The position numbers and the translations under genes are program-made. From NCBI GenBank assembly GCA_964035545.1, contig OZ037768.1, forward strand, positions 12,471,675 to 12,535,674: a DNA stretch of 64,000 nt, given 5' to 3'. The notes under the pieces are model-generated. The model searched no databases, was not told the DNA's origin, and was given only the letters and a program-made list of their open reading frames with translations. How positions within the stretch are numbered: position 1 is the stretch's first letter; every line of letters starts with the position of its first letter. Source of the DNA: Bugula neritina (lineage: Eukaryota > Animalia > Bryozoa). Shown here piece by piece: positions 61,441 to 64,000 of this stretch.

Positions 61441-61848
61441 TAACCAAGTAAGCTTTAAATTTAATTCTACCATTTATTTGTAAGCAATTTTTTTTTCAAA
61501 AATTGTTATTTTCTTTATTGTTTAAAGATATAATTAGCAGTCAGGTGAACGTGTAATCTAAAACGAAATTACACTTTTGCATAGTGATTCTTGGGTAGCA
61601 TGTGCTGCACATTGACAGCTGGAAACACATTTACAATAGATTATATATTTTAGCCAGGAACAAAACATTGCATAGTCATTATAAAACAAATAGAATCCAT
61701 GCTAAGTAAATTTAAGCAATATTTACATTTCTAACAATTATAAAAAGTATCCAGTGCCACTCTATTGTAATGTATCCAGAATGATCATTTCAGAAGTTTT
61801 ATTCAGCCTATGTGTTGTTCTTCGGAGAAGTATTTGACGTTAGTGTAG

Positions 61849-62510
61849 AAAGCCTGACTTCTGCTGATGTAGAGGACAACTCTGTGACATGTGCCATCTG
61901 CACAAAAAAAGGGATAGAGAAAGTACCAGCAGTGACCTGCTGCGCTGTGTGCAGTGAACTATTTTGTAGAAAAACATGATGAGGTAATTCCTTCCCATAA
62001 CTCTTTGTTGAATCAGTTGATGACTGTTTTTTTTGTGGTTTCTCAGCTTTTCCATGTGATGGGCACAATTGCTATAAATTCACTTTATTGTGAAATGCTT
62101 TTATGGGCAAATGGAAGAGAATGTAGGGCCAAGTTTTTTGCTTGAGTTTCCTGATATTGTTATTACATATACATTTTTACACATCAATTACTAATTACAT
62201 TCAATTATTTGAAAAAAATGTGATTAGTTACAACCAATTACAATTGCAACAACTGCAACCCTAGAATATAGTGCTGTTAGCACTCGACTAAAATATATTA
62301 AAAACAATATGTATGTTTTCCTTCTATTTCTGGATATATATTATATTTAGGCTATAGTAAACCTGTTATAATGTAGGTAGACGGATGTCTATGCTAGAAG
62401 AGGCAACTGTTAAGAGTGATAGTAGATCATTTGATCTTCATGTGTATAAAGACATGTTGATTGTACCCAGATCTGATGAGAAGAAAGTTCTATTCTACCA
62501 ACTCAACTGA
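61849..62510 (+). pseudogene. B-box exon plus terminal exon, second copy
   Basis: Colinear with 27311-27982; an extra A at ~61971 shifts the frame just before the donor. Confidence 0.55.
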
Positions 62511-64000
62511 ACAGGTATTATGTATATAGTAGGAGTTATGTCCTTCCTATGACATTTTGTAAGCTAATGCAGTCCATGCTTCAGACTTGTCCGTTATATT
62601 ATATCAAGTAGGGACAACTTCAGAACTTTCCAATTCCCAAAATTCAAACACTTGCCAAAGCAAGACTATGTGGAAATGTTGAAAAAACTGTCAAAGTGAT
62701 AGCATAGGATAACACTGTTTTGATCAATTAAATTTGTCAATTCATTTGCTGTGACATTAGATTTAGTTCAGCTTTTCTCTGCTTCCATCTTTGTCCAATT
62801 CAATTTAACCTTTTTGTCTGGTATGTTTATCCTGCCAAACTCATTTCTTATCTTTCAGTTTATTCCCTAAGCCTTGGTTTATATTACTGGTTATGATATT
62901 TCATAAGCAACTAGTAATCATGATACAATATTCTACTGTCTAGAATAGTAATTATTATTCTAAAGTTGTCCCCTCACTTCTTTTATTTTTCGTTACAAGA
63001 AATTAATTGATGTGGGAAAAGAGGTAGTTCTTGCAGCAGACGCATTTAGTTATTTGTTTGCAAAGTGAGATGTGAAAAAACAGCTGATTGGGCAGTTCTT
63101 TTGACCTAATAACACCTGTTGGTTATGTACATTACCATGATCTCATTCATACATTTGTTATTGTAGAATTATTGATAATGTTATCCATCATACAGTACTG
63201 GTGACTCTGTAGTAGCAGCTATTGTATATTTTCTACCTTATAAGAGTGAATATTCCATACTACTTGCTTTATATTGACGAGTAAAAACAGTTCATCATAT
63301 ATAGTATATACCTTTCAAGACTAATATATAGTTTGCTCTATACTACTTCTAGTAGTATATTGTCAGCATGTTTTAGGACTTGCAAATCAGTTTCAAAATT
63401 AGTCATGTGACATGTTGGTAATAGTCAAGCAGCCTAGTTTTTGGATTGTTGGAGAACATAAAAAGGTGGACCATTAGTGATAAACTTAAATTACTAATAG
63501 CATGTTATGTCACCCTTCACTCCTTATATATATTCCTGTATTGGTTATTGATACTGTCTTCTTGTTAAAAACGTCGTATTTGAGAATAGTTCTATTCACG
63601 TCGGACTGTGAATCTGAAAACTAATATAACATGGCTGATTTTTCAAGTTTTCGTTTAAAAACAGCAAAGCAAGAAGTAACAGTTACTCTGCACTACATGG
63701 GGTACATTAATGGCTTTCTATTCTAATAAAGCAACTGAACTATAAAGTATCTTTCTGACTACCCAGTGCAGTCTGACATAAGTTTGAAGTTGGTTTATAG
63801 AATTCCATTTCATTTGAGATTCATAAGAGCAGTCAATATAGTAGAGAGAAGATAATTCTCTCTCACAGGTTGTTCCCTAACTCTGGTCAGTTTTCATATA
63901 TTATGTATGTTATATTACAATAGAATTTTAATGAGACCATGATCTTAGTTCGTTTATAATTACATTTACCATTGAAAATTTAGCGCTGTTATAATTTACT
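62450..64000 (+). repeat. Tandem segmental duplication, unit 3 (runs off the window)
   Basis: Colinear with 11198-12550 and with 27922-34705 minus the Academ insertion. Confidence 0.95.

Noticed and set aside
60374-61447. Poly-V and poly-L/P ORFs resembling membrane or mucin proteins (also 26707-26910)
   Set aside because: Translations of (ACT)n/(ACC)n tracts whose length differs freely between units.

Overview
AT-rich, intron-containing eukaryotic (animal-like) genomic DNA; no prokaryotic features, CRISPR arrays, tRNA or rRNA genes were seen. From about 11.2 kb to the end, the window is a tandem segmental array with two full units and the start of a third; a shared anchor lies at 11198, 27922 and 62450. 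Each full unit carries a spliced short ankyrin-repeat + single-ZU5 gene (+ strand), three antisense copies of one of its ankyrin exons, a 5'-truncated Penelope-like (GIY-YIG) element and, at the unit junction, a B-box gene remnant. Unit 2 is expanded by insertions whose empty sites are visible in unit 1: an Academ-type DNA transposon with its 5' end replaced by a 1.19-kb inverted copy of its 3' end, a hAT-type foldback element, a MITE, a hammerhead-bearing insert and a Copia element. The Copia element has LTRs identical by eye, an intact Gag-PR-IN ORF, a destroyed RT and nested DNA elements. The signal least visible to gene annotation is RNA-level: five intact-looking minimal type I hammerhead ribozyme folds in three sequence families. 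Two of them sit 271 nt apart in a small, highly structured non-coding element inside (TA)n (8698-9066), which looks like a non-LTR retrozyme (candidate 271-nt circular RNA) located near Penelope-like elements that could mobilise it. All calls come from reading the sequence by eye; no searches or folding programs were run.
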